A stretch of DNA of 64,000 nt from Chthoniobacteraceae bacterium (GCA_031409655.1 JANNXQ010000259.1:1-64000), one strand, 5' to 3'; positions 28,984 to 39,515 are shown, counted from the first letter of the stretch. Numbers and translations are program-made. Notes: generated by a model from the sequence alone, not told the origin.

Positions 28984-30326
28984 ATCTCTGGCTCGGCTTT
29001 GGCATCGGTCTGAAGGAAATCTGGGCGCATAAGTTCCGCAGCATTCTGACCATGCTTGGGGTGATCCTGGGGGTGGCGTCGCTGCTCTCCATGTTTTCCC
29101 TCACGGCCGGAATGGCTCGCGGGATGCGCGAATACATGGCGCAGATGGGCGGCATCGAACTCGTGAGCGTCATCCGGCAGGAGCCGCCACAGGAGCAGGA
29201 ATCCTTTGCCGAGATTTCTCCCGGTCGCTCCATCCTTGATGCGGAAGCCATCGAGCGGCACGCGGATCTCGTCTCCGCGGTTTCGCCGGTCGCCACTGTC
29301 GCGGTCGCGAATCTGGTGGTGGGCGCGAATAACTTCAAAGGCTCCGTGGATGGGAGCTGGCCGGACTACATCGCGGTGAACAAGCACGTCGTCGAACGCG
29401 GTCGCGGGCTCTGCTGGCTGGACGTGGAGCAGGCGCAACACGTCTGCGTGATCGGCGCGACGATCGTGGAAAAGCTGTGGCCAGACCGGCCGGGTTTTGA
29501 CGCGGTCGGCGAGTCGATCCTGATCAATCAGCGTCCGTTCAAGGTCGTGGGCGTCTTTGAGTTTTATGAGCGCGAAGAAGACAAACGCCGGCGGGAACTG
29601 GGGATCAAGACGAGTCAGATCAGCAGCAGCGGACGCAAGCGGGAGAGCTCAGGGAGCAATCGTTACAGCCCTTTTTCCCGGAAGAACTCCTGCGTGCTCG
29701 TGCCGATCTCGACGCTCTTTTATGAATTCCGGAGTGCGAATGTGGTCGGGAAGGAAGACCAGGGGCCCGACTACCGCCTGGATAGCTTGCAGATTCAGAT
29801 CGCCGATACCACGCGCTTTGCCGAGACCATCGGGCAGGTAAGTAACATCGTCCGCTCGACCCATCGCGGCATCGAGGACTTCGGCTTCGACACGCGCGAG
29901 GAGTGGTTTGATAACATCGAGAATGCGGTGCGGAACATCCGCAACTCCGGCGGCATCATCGCGGGCATCTCGCTGATCGTCGGCGGCATCGGCATCACGA
30001 ACATCATGCTGGCCTCGATCACCGAGCGCATCCGCGAGATCGGCGTGCGGCGGGCGGTGGGGGCAAAGGGACGCGACATCTTCGTGCAGATCGTCGTGGA
30101 GAGCGCGGTCATTGGGATCATCGGCGGCCTGCTCGGGCTCGTCGCCAGCACCGGGGTCATTCGCTTACTCATCGCCATTTCCTCAAATGAGAATCGACCG
30201 GTGATCGAACTGAACGACGTGCTGGTCAGCTTCGGGTTCGCGGTGATCATCGGGATTGTCAGCGGCTTCTATCCCGCGGTGAAGGCGAGTCGGCTCGATC
30301 CCATCGAGGCGCTGCGCTACGGCTGA
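28980..30326 (+). CDS. MacB/FtsX-type ABC permease
   Basis: RSILTMLGVILGV, GGIGITNIMLASITERIREIGVRRAVGA and PAVKASRLDPIEALRY; the ATG at 28980 overlaps the upstream TGA. Confidence 0.9.
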   Translation: MNLWLGFGIGLKEIWAHKFRSILTMLGVILGVASLLSMFSLTAGMARGMREYMAQMGGIELVSVIRQEPPQEQESFAEISPGRSILDAEAIERHADLVSAVSPVATVAVANLVVGANNFKGSVDGSWPDYIAVNKHVVERGRGLCWLDVEQAQHVCVIGATIVEKLWPDRPGFDAVGESILINQRPFKVVGVFEFYEREEDKRRRELGIKTSQISSSGRKRESSGSNRYSPFSRKNSCVLVPISTLFYEFRSANVVGKEDQGPDYRLDSLQIQIADTTRFAETIGQVSNIVRSTHRGIEDFGFDTREEWFDNIENAVRNIRNSGGIIAGISLIVGGIGITNIMLASITERIREIGVRRAVGAKGRDIFVQIVVESAVIGIIGGLLGLVASTGVIRLLIAISSNENRPVIELNDVLVSFGFAVIIGIVSGFYPAVKASRLDPIEALRYG

Positions 30327-31066
30327 GGGTTGGCGCGGGATTTGGCCTGGCGCAACTTTGCCAGCGCTTCTTCGCCGAGCGGCGTGCGGCTTTTCACGCG
30401 CAAACTCTCAGCCCATTCGCGGGCAAAATCCCGCTGATGGTGGCGGACGATCAGCGCCGTGATCACCATGGCGAGCAGGGCACCAAGACTGGCGAGGGCC
30501 ATGTCTTTGTGCGCGTCCCAGATGTCGCCCTGGGTGCCGAGATAGGCCTGGCCGAGCTCGCCGCCAAAGAATTCCGCCGCCGCCCACTCGATGAGTTCGT
30601 AGAGCAGCGAGGTGGACATGGTGAAATCCAGCGGCAGGAAGTAGCCCCAAAAGCCGCGCACGTCGGCGATGCGCAGGAAGAGTTCGCGCAATGGATAGGC
30701 GAGGAGGAAGCCGTAGAGGAAATGGACGACGCGGTCGAAGTGGTTGCGCTGCCAGCCGAAGAGTTCATTGAACGAGCGCCCGGTGAGACTGCGCCACCAG
30801 GCGTCATACGGCACCTCGGCGTAGGTGTAGTGGGCCCCGACTTCGTGCAGGCAGAGGAAAAGGAAGACCAGCGTGTAAGAGATGCGGGAGAGGGGGCAAC
30901 GCCGATGCAGCACCGCGAGGACCACCAGCGCCGCGACGACGAGGGCATTTTCCAGCAGCCAATCCGCGCGATGCCACGGCGCGATCCCGAGCGGAATCGC
31001 GAGCGCAAGGAAAAGAGCGAGGAGGATGGCAACGTAGCGGTGGTGGGGGATACTTCGGAGCATCAT
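30317..31066 (-). CDS. DUF2238 (YjdF-like) inner membrane protein
   Basis: LHEVGAHYTYAEVP, RNHFDRVVHF, YELIEW and YLGTQGDIWDAHKDM motifs; start between 31063 and 31075. Confidence 0.85.
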   Translation of the reverse strand: MMLRSIPHHRYVAILLALFLALAIPLGIAPWHRADWLLENALVVAALVVLAVLHRRCPLSRISYTLVFLFLCLHEVGAHYTYAEVPYDAWWRSLTGRSFNELFGWQRNHFDRVVHFLYGFLLAYPLRELFLRIADVRGFWGYFLPLDFTMSTSLLYELIEWAAAEFFGGELGQAYLGTQGDIWDAHKDMALASLGALLAMVITALIVRHHQRDFAREWAESLRVKSRTPLGEEALAKLRQAKSRANPQP

Positions 31067-31086
31067 ATCGGGCACAGGAAGGCCTC

Positions 31087-31220
31087 GTTTGGAGTTTGGA
31101 GTTTGGAGTTTGAAGTTTGGCGTTGAACCGCTGCCTTTTGCCCAAAGCGGTCCAGGCCATGGAGGCGCGAGCCGCCGCGTTTAACACCAAAAGCCAAACT
31201 TCAAACGCCAAACTTCAAAT
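31087..31220. repeat. Inverted pair of heptamer arrays (GTTTGGA)n ... (xxCAAAC)n
   Basis: 31087-31127 GTTTGGA x3 GTTTGAA GTTTGGC GTTGAA; 31180-31220 TTTAAC ACCAAAA GCCAAAC TTCAAAC GCCAAAC TTCAAAT; lies between divergent genes. Confidence 0.85.
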
Positions 31221-31322
31221 ACGGATGCGCCCGCACCTTGCTCGCCCGCACGAAGCGGCTAAGCTCGCCCCGCTCTGAACGCTTATCCCCGAGCACCAGA
31301 ATCTCCTCGCACCGCCTTCCTT

Positions 31323-34300
31323 ATGCATCTCGGAAAATCCCTCCTGCTCGTGGCCGTATTGGCCATGCCCTCCGCGCTCCGCGCCAACGCTCTCACCTCG
31401 GAAATGGCCGCCAAACCCGCGCCGGAAGCGCTTCCCGCTGGCGCCCAAATCGCCGGTCTCGAGGTGCAGCCGACGAGCGTCGCTTTGACTGGAAGATACG
31501 AATGCGCGCAACTCGTGGTGACGGCGAAGCTCACCTCGGGCGCCGTGGCCGATGTGACGCGCCTCGCCAAGCTCCAACTGGACGGGGGCATCGCCGAAGT
31601 CACGCCGCTCGGCCAGGTGAAGCCGCTGAAAAATGGCACGGGCGCGCTGCGGATCGAGATCGGCGGAAAGACCGCCACCGTGCCAGTGGCCGTCGTCGAA
31701 ATGAAAGACGTGCAACCCGTGGATTTCATCCGCGACGTGAACCCCGTGATGACGAAGGTCGGCTGCAATGCCGGCGCGTGTCATGGAGCGAAGGATGGAA
31801 AGGTGGGCTTCAAGCTTTCGCTCCGCGGTTACGATCCGATCTTCGATGTGCGTTCGCTGAAGGACGACCTCGCTGGCCGCCGCCTGAATGTCGCGTCGCC
31901 CGATGATTCGCTCATGCTCCTGAAGTCCACCGCTGGCGTGCCCCATGAGGGCGGCCAGAAGGTGAAGCTGGGCGACAAATACTATGAGATGCTGCGGGCG
32001 TGGATCGCCGATGGCGCGAAGCTCGACCTCCAGGCGCCGCGGGTTACGAAGATCGATGTCTTTCCGAAAGATCCCGTCGTCCAGCAGATCGGCGCGCGGC
32101 AGCAGGTGCGCATCGTCGCCACCTTTTCCGACGGTCGCACGCGGGATGTAACCGCCGAATCTTTTGTCGATAGCGGCAATACCGACGTAGCTAAGACTGA
32201 CGGCGGTGGGCTCGTCGAGACGCTGCGCCGCGGGGAAGCTCCGTTACTCGCTCGTTACGAAGGTAACTACGCGGCGACGACCCTGACCGTCATGGGGGAT
32301 CGCACGGGCTTTACCTGGAAGCAGCCTGAGACCTGGGGGCGCATCGACGAACTCGTCGCGGCCAAGTGGGAGCGGATGAAGATCGAGCCGAGCGGCCTTT
32401 GCTCGGATGCGGAGTATCTCCGCCGCGTGTCTCTCGACCTCACCGGATTGCCACCCACCGCCGACGAAGTGCGGGCCTTTATCGCCGATCCCCGCCCCCC
32501 ACGCGAAAAGCGGAATCAACTCGTCGATCAGCTCATCGGCTCGCCGGAGTTTGTCGATCACTGGACGAATAAGTGGGCGGACATGCTGCAGGTGAATTCA
32601 AAGTTCCTCGGCACGGAAGGGGCGAAACTCTTCCGGGATTGGATCAAGAAGCAGGTCGCGGCGAATACGCCTTACGATCAATTCGTCCGGGAGATCGTCA
32701 CGGCGACGGGCTCGAATAAGGAAAACCCCGCGGCGAGTTACTGGAAGATCCTGCGCGATCCAGCGGAGGCGATGGAGAATACTACGCACCTTTTCCTGGC
32801 CACCCGCTTCAATTGCAACAAGTGCCACGATCATCCTTTTGAGCGCTGGACCCAGGATCAGTATTACCACCTCGGTGCTTTCTTCTCCCAGGTGGACCTG
32901 AAGGCCGATCCGGCCGCCGGCAAGCAAGTCATCGTCGGCACCGCGGTGGACAAAGCCAAGCCGCTCTACGAGATCGTGAGCGATGCGCCGAAGGGCGACA
33001 TGATCCACCTGCGCACCAATAAGGTCGCTGAACCGACCTTCCCATTCCCGGCGAAAGCCGAATCCCTAGGCACGCGCCGTGAGCAACTCGGCGCCTGGAT
33101 CACCAGCGCGGACAATCGCTTCTTTGCCTCCAGTTACGCGAATCGTATCTGGGGTTATTTGCTTGGCGCCGGGATCATCGAGCCGCTCGATGACACGCGG
33201 GCGGGGAATCCGCCGACCAATCCAGAGTTACTCGATTACCTCGCCAAGGAGTTTGTCGGCAGTGGCTTCGACGTGCGGCATGTGATGCGTCTCGTGGCCA
33301 AGTCCCGCACTTATCAATTGAGCGTCGCCACGAATCAATGGAATGAGGACGACAAGATCAACTATTCCCACGCCCTCGCCCGCCGACTCCCGGCGGAAGT
33401 CCTCTACGACTCCGTGCTGAAAGTGACCGGGGCTGCGACCAAGCTGCCCGGCGGAATGCTCGCCGGCCTGCTGCCGGATTCGCAGAGTGATCTCCCGAGT
33501 GGTTTCCTCGCGAACCTCGGTCGCCCGGCGCGGGAAAGTTCCTGTGAGTGTGAACGGAGCAGCGACTTGCGGCTCGGCGGCGTCATGGCGCTCTTGAGCG
33601 GAGCGGCGGTGGGGGACGCGATCGGCGATCCGAAGAATGCCCTCGGCAAACTGGTGGCCGACCAGCCGGATGATGCCAAGGTCGTGGACGAGATCTTCCA
33701 TCGCGTCCTGAGCCGGCCGGCGAAGCGGAGCGAGGTCGAGAAGACGCTCGCGAGTTGGTCTGAGATCGATGCCGAGCACCAGACCCTGCTGGCGGATCGT
33801 GACCTCAAGGAAAAGGAGCAGGCTCCGATCGTGGCCCGGATGGAAGGCGAACGCACGGCGGCAATGACGGCCGCAAAGCTGGAGCTGGCGCGCCAAGAAG
33901 CCGAGATCGCTCCGAAGGTGGCCGAGGCGGAGAAAAGGCGCGTCGCTGATGCTGCGGCAGCAGATGCGGCGGTCAAGGAATACACCAAGCTGAAGCTCAC
34001 GTCGGCGCGGGCAAACTTTGAGGAGACGGTGCCTGTCGCCCGCACTTATACGGCCTGGCAGTTACTCGATCCGAGTGACCTTCGCGCGACCAATCAGGCG
34101 ACGCTCACCAAACTGTCTGATGGCTCGATCAAGGCCGGTTCAGTTCGGCCGAACAGCGTCGATTACACGATCACTGCTGATACCAAAGTTGCGGGGATCA
34201 CGGGTTTCCTCCTCGAAGTCCTGCCCAGTGCCGACGAGGCGAACTTCGGCCCCGGACGCGCCGTTGGTAACTTTGTGCTCGGGGAATTCAGCGTAAAAGC

Positions 34301-34949
34301 TGGCGAGTTGCGTGGCCAGCCCACCAATGACGTGGCGTTCACCGAGGCTTACGCGGACTATAGTCAGGATAAGTTCGCCGCCAAGGATGCCATCGACGGT
34401 AAAAAGAACGACGGCAAAAATGGCTGGGCGGTCGCGAGTCAGTTTGGCGTCCCGCACTATGCGGCTTTCGCGGTCAAGAAACCGCTCGGCGACGCGAAAG
34501 GCTCGCGCCTGCGCATTGAACTCAATCAGCCCCGCACCGGTAACTTCAGCATCGGGCGCTTCCGTCTTTGGGTGACGACGTCCAGCCAGCCATTGAGCAT
34601 CGGGCTTCCCATGCCGGTCGCCGAAGCGCTCAAGAAGCCCGCCAACGCCCGAAGCAACGAAGACCAACAGGCGATCGCGACTTATTGGAGCGGGGCCGAC
34701 CCGGCGCTAAGCAAGCTCCGGCTTGCCTTCGAGAAGTTCCAACTGCCGCTGCCGACGGATCCCGGGATCCTCGAGCGCCGCGCGACTTTGGCGAAAGTGG
34801 AGGAACCCATTCGTCTCGATCCGAAGCTCGTCCAACTGCGGCAAGACGCCGAGCAGAGCAAGCTGCTCATGGCCAACAAACGCCTCACCGCCGCTCAGGA
34901 CTTAACTTGGGCGCTGATCAATAACCCGGCGTTTCTTTTCAATCACTAA
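31323..34949 (+). CDS. DUF1549/DUF1553 (PSCyt2/PSD1) protein with Ig-like (Big_2) domains, typical of PVC bacteria
   Basis: CNAGACH and CNKCHDHPF motifs, YLRRVSLDLTGLPPT, NPPTNPELLD, RRLPAEVLYD, and terminal DLTWALINNPAFLFNH. Confidence 0.88.
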   Translation: MHLGKSLLLVAVLAMPSALRANALTSEMAAKPAPEALPAGAQIAGLEVQPTSVALTGRYECAQLVVTAKLTSGAVADVTRLAKLQLDGGIAEVTPLGQVKPLKNGTGALRIEIGGKTATVPVAVVEMKDVQPVDFIRDVNPVMTKVGCNAGACHGAKDGKVGFKLSLRGYDPIFDVRSLKDDLAGRRLNVASPDDSLMLLKSTAGVPHEGGQKVKLGDKYYEMLRAWIADGAKLDLQAPRVTKIDVFPKDPVVQQIGARQQVRIVATFSDGRTRDVTAESFVDSGNTDVAKTDGGGLVETLRRGEAPLLARYEGNYAATTLTVMGDRTGFTWKQPETWGRIDELVAAKWERMKIEPSGLCSDAEYLRRVSLDLTGLPPTADEVRAFIADPRPPREKRNQLVDQLIGSPEFVDHWTNKWADMLQVNSKFLGTEGAKLFRDWIKKQVAANTPYDQFVREIVTATGSNKENPAASYWKILRDPAEAMENTTHLFLATRFNCNKCHDHPFERWTQDQYYHLGAFFSQVDLKADPAAGKQVIVGTAVDKAKPLYEIVSDAPKGDMIHLRTNKVAEPTFPFPAKAESLGTRREQLGAWITSADNRFFASSYANRIWGYLLGAGIIEPLDDTRAGNPPTNPELLDYLAKEFVGSGFDVRHVMRLVAKSRTYQLSVATNQWNEDDKINYSHALARRLPAEVLYDSVLKVTGAATKLPGGMLAGLLPDSQSDLPSGFLANLGRPARESSCECERSSDLRLGGVMALLSGAAVGDAIGDPKNALGKLVADQPDDAKVVDEIFHRVLSRPAKRSEVEKTLASWSEIDAEHQTLLADRDLKEKEQAPIVARMEGERTAAMTAAKLELARQEAEIAPKVAEAEKRRVADAAAADAAVKEYTKLKLTSARANFEETVPVARTYTAWQLLDPSDLRATNQATLTKLSDGSIKAGSVRPNSVDYTITADTKVAGITGFLLEVLPSADEANFGPGRAVGNFVLGEFSVKAGELRGQPTNDVAFTEAYADYSQDKFAAKDAIDGKKNDGKNGWAVASQFGVPHYAAFAVKKPLGDAKGSRLRIELNQPRTGNFSIGRFRLWVTTSSQPLSIGLPMPVAEALKKPANARSNEDQQAIATYWSGADPALSKLRLAFEKFQLPLPTDPGILERRATLAKVEEPIRLDPKLVQLRQDAEQSKLLMANKRLTAAQDLTWALINNPAFLFNH

Positions 34950-34952
34950 GGC

Positions 34953-35636
34953 CTACTTCAGCTCCTTGATCAGGATATTCCGCCAGCGGACCTCTTCGCC
35001 GACTTTCTCGACGTTCTTGCCGATGCCGTGGACTTGCAGGGCGATGAGGCCTTCCTTGGTCAGGCCGTCTTTCAGGTCGGCCGCGGGGACGCCGTTGATC
35101 CACGTCTTGATGCTGTCGCCGCGGCATTCGATGCGGGCGGCGTTCCATTCGCCCTGTTTGAAGGCCTTGCGGGCGGGTTCGTTTTCCTTGAGGTCGTTGA
35201 GCCAGCCACGGCGGCCTTCATCATAGACGCCGCCAGAGTAGGCGCGGTCGCTCGGATCGATCTCGTATTGGTAGCCAAAGACGCGATCGGCATCGAGTTT
35301 CTTTGGCCTGCCGGCGATCTCGATGGTTTTCGCCTCCGCGTTGATTTCGCTGCGGAATTGGACGCCCGAGTTCATGTCTTTCGCGACTTTGAATTCAAAC
35401 TCGAGGATGAAGTCGCCGTACTTCTTTTTCGTGCAGAGGAAGGAGTTGCCGGTATTGGCCACGGTCTTGCCGACGACGGCGCCGTCTTCCACGCGATACT
35501 CGGCAGTGCCGCTGTGCTGCTCCCAGCCATCGAGGGTTTTGCCGTCGAAGAGTTTGACAAAGCCATCGTCCGCTGCGCGGACGGGGAGGGTGAAGGTGAC
35601 GGCGAGGGCGGCGGCGGAGAGGAGGGAGAGTTTCAT
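34953..35636 (-). CDS. DUF1080 (3-keto-disaccharide hydrolase family) secreted protein
   Basis: LFDGKTLDGW, YGDFILEFEFK, NSGVQFR, GYQYEI and GLIALQVH; signal peptide from MKLSLL at 35636. Confidence 0.88.
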   Translation of the reverse strand: MKLSLLSAAALAVTFTLPVRAADDGFVKLFDGKTLDGWEQHSGTAEYRVEDGAVVGKTVANTGNSFLCTKKKYGDFILEFEFKVAKDMNSGVQFRSEINAEAKTIEIAGRPKKLDADRVFGYQYEIDPSDRAYSGGVYDEGRRGWLNDLKENEPARKAFKQGEWNAARIECRGDSIKTWINGVPAADLKDGLTKEGLIALQVHGIGKNVEKVGEEVRWRNILIKELK

Positions 35637-35752
35637 TGGGTGGTGACGGACCAATCCTCGCGGAGATCGCTTATTTGGGGGAGTCTTTTCGGAGGGGTGA
35701 TTTAGCGGTTTCCTTTTTGCCGGCGAACTCGAACGCTCCACGGCACCGCGTC

Positions 35753-36100
35753 ATGAAAACTCCCGCCATCTCGATCCTTTACTTTGCGCTGGCTGCCTTC
35801 TTTGGGGCGCTGGGGCAATTTCTCTACAAGTCCGGTGCCGAGCGCGCGGGTGGCGGGCTGGCCAGTTATCTCCTGAATGGGCGTCTGCTCAGTGGAGTCA
35901 TCTGCTACGGGGTAGTAATGGGGCTTTTTGTGGCGGCGTTTAAGAAAGGCGGCGCGATCACGACGCTCTATCCGGTCTATGCGAGCACCTTCATCTGGGC
36001 AGCGGTGATCGCGTGGTGGGCCTTTGGCGAGCCGATCAAACTGGTGAATGTGGGCGGCATGGCGGCGCTGATTGCCGGGATGTACTTGATGGCGCGGTGA
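35753..36100 (+). CDS. Small EamA/SMR-like membrane protein (four TM segments)
   Basis: GQFLYK.G, LYPVYASTFIW..FGEPI..GG..LI.G pattern; 115 aa from the ATG at 35753. Confidence 0.75.
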   Translation: MKTPAISILYFALAAFFGALGQFLYKSGAERAGGGLASYLLNGRLLSGVICYGVVMGLFVAAFKKGGAITTLYPVYASTFIWAAVIAWWAFGEPIKLVNVGGMAALIAGMYLMAR

Positions 36101-36167
36101 AGGCTTGCGGGAAGATTTCTCCCTCGACCCGCTTGGGTTTGCGGTCGAGAAGCAAGGTCCCGTGAAA

Positions 36168-37079
36168 ATGCTTCCCTCCCTCCTCTTCACGCTCGCGCTT
36201 CTCGGCGCGGGCTCCCCATGCGTTCTGGCGGCGGATGCGCCCGTCGGCACGCCGCTCTTTGGCCGGCATGATTTCATCGAATACACGGCGGGCGATCTAC
36301 CCATCGTGATCTTGGCTCCGCATGGCGGGCGCGAAAAGCCGGACGAGATCCCCACCCGGACTAATGGCGTGGTGGATATCGACACGAATACGCAGGAACT
36401 CGCGCGGGCCGTGCAGGCCGAATTCCGCGCCCGGACGGGGCGCCAGCCGCACCTCGTCCTCTGCCGGCTGCATCGGAGCAAACTGGATTGCAATCGGGAG
36501 ATCGTGGAGGCGGCTGCCGGGTCCGCGGTGGCCGAGACGGCCTGGACCGAATATCACGGCTTCATCGAAAAGGCGTGCGCGAAGGCTGTGGCCAAGTATG
36601 GCCGGGCCTTTTACCTCGACCTCCATGGCCACGGCCACAAACACGCGCGGCTCGAACTCGGCTACCTGCACTCGGCGGAGACCCTGGGACTGCCGGACGC
36701 GGAACTGAACCGCCCGGCCACCATCGCGGCCAGCAGCATCCGCCTCCTCGCGGCGCAATCGAAGCTGCCCTACGTCGATCTGCTGCGGGGTCCGCGCAGC
36801 CTCGGCGCCCTCTGCGAGGCTCAGGGTTTTCCTGCGACGCCCAGCCCGGCGCATCCCACGCCAGCGGTGCCCTTTTTCAACGGTGGCTACAGCGTCCGTC
36901 GGCACACCGCCGCCGGGGGCAAAGTGGCGGGCTTGCAGATTGAGTGCAATCTGAAGGGGATCCGCGACACGGCCGAAAACCGGGAACGCTTTGCCCGCGC
37001 TCTGGTCACGGTGCTGGATATCTACCTGGCCGAACACTGGGACCTGAAGCTTCAGGCCCGACCCGCCGCTGCCCGGTGA
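36168..37079 (+). CDS. N-formylglutamate amidohydrolase-like Zn-dependent hydrolase, secreted
   Basis: Signal peptide; APHGG, LHRSKLDCNR, LDLHGHGH, FFNGGY and LQIE motifs. Confidence 0.7.
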   Translation: MLPSLLFTLALLGAGSPCVLAADAPVGTPLFGRHDFIEYTAGDLPIVILAPHGGREKPDEIPTRTNGVVDIDTNTQELARAVQAEFRARTGRQPHLVLCRLHRSKLDCNREIVEAAAGSAVAETAWTEYHGFIEKACAKAVAKYGRAFYLDLHGHGHKHARLELGYLHSAETLGLPDAELNRPATIAASSIRLLAAQSKLPYVDLLRGPRSLGALCEAQGFPATPSPAHPTPAVPFFNGGYSVRRHTAAGGKVAGLQIECNLKGIRDTAENRERFARALVTVLDIYLAEHWDLKLQARPAAAR

Positions 37080-37347
37080 CCCCCTCGACGCGGCGCCCGG
37101 CCCGGGTGTTTTTCTCCCAAGAGCGGAGGCCGCCCTGCCCAGAGGCGTCAGTTCCGGATCGGGTGGCGGGCAGTCCTTGCCGGTTTTCCTTTGACGGGGT
37201 CACGCACCCCCCCCTATGTGTAGTCGCTTTTCCGACAGTCCCCGGTCCAAAATTCGCTCTGAGGCGTCAGAAAACCTCAACGGTGGATGCTCCGAGGCAG
37301 CCACCCGTCACCCAAATTTCACGCTTTTAACAATAGGTTCACTCTGA

Positions 37348-38388
37348 ATGTTTAATGGTTTTTTCGGATTGTTCTCCAATGACATCGGCATCGATCTGGG
37401 GACGGCCAATACGCTGGTTTATGTAAAGGATCACGGAATCGTGCTGCGCGAGCCCTCAGTGGTGGCCGTGCAGGTGGGGACGAATCATGTGCTGGCCGTC
37501 GGCGACGAGGCCAAGCGAATGCTCGGTCGCACGCCCGGTAACATCGTGGCCATCAGGCCTTTGAAGGATGGGGTCATCGCGGATTTCGAGATCACGGAAG
37601 CGATGCTGCGGCACTTTATCCATAAGGTTCACAATCGGCGGACGCTCTTCCGGCCCCGGCCTCGCGTGGTCATCGCGGTGCCCTCTGGCATCACCGAAGT
37701 GGAGAAACGCGCGGTGAAGGAGTCCGCCCTGCGCGCCGGCGCCCGGGAAGTTCACCTCATCGAGGAGCCCATGGCGGCGGCGATCGGCTGCGGTCTGCCG
37801 GTCCAGGATGCGGCGGGCAACATGATCATCGACATCGGCGGTGGCACCACCGAAGTGGCGCTGATCTCCCTTTCTGGCATCGTCTTCTGCCGGAGCGTGC
37901 GGGTGGCCGGCGATGAACTGGATGAGGCGATCATCCAATACATGAAGCGGGCGTACAATCTGATGATCGGCGAGCGCACCGCGGAGGACATCAAGATCAA
38001 GATCGGCAGCGCCTATCCGCTGGAAAAAGAGACCACCATGGAAGTCAAGGGACGCGACCTCGTGGCTGGTTTGCCAAAGACTCTCACTGTCACCTCTCAG
38101 GAAGTCCGCGAGGCCCTCCTGGAACCCATTTCCACCATTGTGGATTCCGTCCGCGTGACCCTCGAGCGATGCCCGCCCGAGCTCAGCGCCGACCTCGTAG
38201 ACCGCGGCCTCGTGCTGGCCGGCGGCGGCGCACTCTTGCGCGGTCTCGATCGCTTGCTCACCGAAGAAACAGGTCTCCCGGTCCATGTGGCCGAGGATCC
38301 GCTCAGCGCCGTGGCCGAAGGCACCGGTCGCGCGTTGAGTGAGATCAAGTTCCTGCGCAAGGTGGCGACGAGCGATTCCCGGTTCTGA
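37348..38388 (+). CDS. mreB: Rod shape-determining protein MreB
   Basis: [37 protein letters not shown] and AGGGALL motifs. Confidence 0.97.
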   Translation: MFNGFFGLFSNDIGIDLGTANTLVYVKDHGIVLREPSVVAVQVGTNHVLAVGDEAKRMLGRTPGNIVAIRPLKDGVIADFEITEAMLRHFIHKVHNRRTLFRPRPRVVIAVPSGITEVEKRAVKESALRAGAREVHLIEEPMAAAIGCGLPVQDAAGNMIIDIGGGTTEVALISLSGIVFCRSVRVAGDELDEAIIQYMKRAYNLMIGERTAEDIKIKIGSAYPLEKETTMEVKGRDLVAGLPKTLTVTSQEVREALLEPISTIVDSVRVTLERCPPELSADLVDRGLVLAGGGALLRGLDRLLTEETGLPVHVAEDPLSAVAEGTGRALSEIKFLRKVATSDSRF

Positions 38389-38440
38389 ACCTGGAAACGC
38401 AAGATGACGGCTCCCGCTGAGCGCATGATGGGAGGGGCGA

Positions 38441-38568
38441 AAAGCTCCAAGATCCAAGCTCCAAGCCCCAAAGAAGCTCCAAGCTCCAAGTTTCAAGGGC
38501 GAGCTTCCGTCCGTCGTGCTGGCAGCTTGGGGCTTCTCTGGTGCTTGGGTTTTGGTGCCTGGGATTTC
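38441..38568. repeat. Inverted pair of heptamer arrays (CTCCAAG)n ... (CTTGGxG)n between mreB and mreC
   Basis: CTCCAAG ATCCAAG CTCCAAG CCCCAAA GAAG CTCCAAG CTCCAAG TTTCAAG ... CTTGGGG CTTC TCTGGTG CTTGGGT TTTGGTG CCTGGGA. Confidence 0.85.
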
Positions 38569-38573
38569 TCCGC

Positions 38574-39386
38574 ATGAACCGCAAGGCCATCACCGCCGTC
38601 TCGGTCGCCGGATTTTTCATCCTCGTCGCGCTGATCATCGCGCTCAGTCCACACAAGACCCGGCAGGTTCAGGCGGGTTTCCTCGGGCTCATTTCGCCCT
38701 TTCTGAAGACCGGCTCTTCGCTGGAGAAAAAATACCGCGAGTACAGCGAGGGGCTGAAGACGATCGAGCGGCTCGAAGACGACAACAAACGTCTGGCCGT
38801 CGTGAACAAGGAACTCAGCGCCACGAACCAAACCTTGCGCGGGCTGGAGAAGGAGAACAACCGCCTCCGCAACGCCCTCCAATATCGCGAGCGCGCCGTT
38901 TTCAAACTCATGCCGGCCCGGATCATCGCCCGCGATCCCTCCACCTGGTACAATCAGGTGACGATCGACCGCGGCAGCGCCGACGACATCAAGGAAGACA
39001 TGCCCGTGCTCACCGAAGAGGGTCTGGTGGGGAAAACGACCATCGTCTCCGCGCACGCTTGCGTGGTGGTGCTGATCGCGGATGAATCCTGCAAAGTGGC
39101 CGCGACCGTCGAAGGCACGCGGGAGCAGGGGATCGTGAAAGGGGAACGGACTGGGAGTAACTCGACCCCGGTGATCAGCCTCAATTTCATCTCCAAGAAC
39201 GGCAACCTGCAGAATGGCATGAAGATCTACAGCTCCGGCGTGGGCGGAGTCTTTCCCAGCGGCGTCCTCATCGGCGCGGTGCGGGACTACAAAGTGCGCG
39301 AGCTGGATGGATTTGCGTATGTCGTGCCGGCGGTGGATTTGACCACGCTGGAGGATGTTTTTGTGGTCGTAAGCAAGGAGAAGTGA
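38574..39386 (+). CDS. mreC: Rod shape-determining protein MreC
   Basis: TM segment and coiled coil (LEKENNRLRNAL), TIDRGS..GLVGK, SSGVGGVFPSGVLIG; follows mreB. Confidence 0.92.
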   Translation: MNRKAITAVSVAGFFILVALIIALSPHKTRQVQAGFLGLISPFLKTGSSLEKKYREYSEGLKTIERLEDDNKRLAVVNKELSATNQTLRGLEKENNRLRNALQYRERAVFKLMPARIIARDPSTWYNQVTIDRGSADDIKEDMPVLTEEGLVGKTTIVSAHACVVVLIADESCKVAATVEGTREQGIVKGERTGSNSTPVISLNFISKNGNLQNGMKIYSSGVGGVFPSGVLIGAVRDYKVRELDGFAYVVPAVDLTTLEDVFVVVSKEK

Positions 39387-39387
39387 A

Positions 39388-39515
39388 GATGGAAGAAAAC
39401 GCCAAACTTCAAACGCCAAACTTCAAACGCCAAACGCATCAGCGCGAGGCGTGGGGGCAAGCACCCGTTTGGCGTTTAGCGTTTGGAGTTTGGCGTTTAG
39501 CGTTTTCTTCTCATC
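39388..39515. repeat. Inverted pair of heptamer arrays (GCCAAAC/TTCAAAC)n ... (GTTTGGC/GTTTAGC)n between mreC and mreD
   Basis: GAAGAAAAC plus 5 heptamers, a ~29-nt loop, then 5 complementary heptamers plus GTTTTCTTC. Confidence 0.9.

Noticed and set aside
37191..37220. mreB promoter TTGACG-N18-TATGTG
   Set aside because: Good -35 but poor -10 and spacing; cannot be supported without TSS data.
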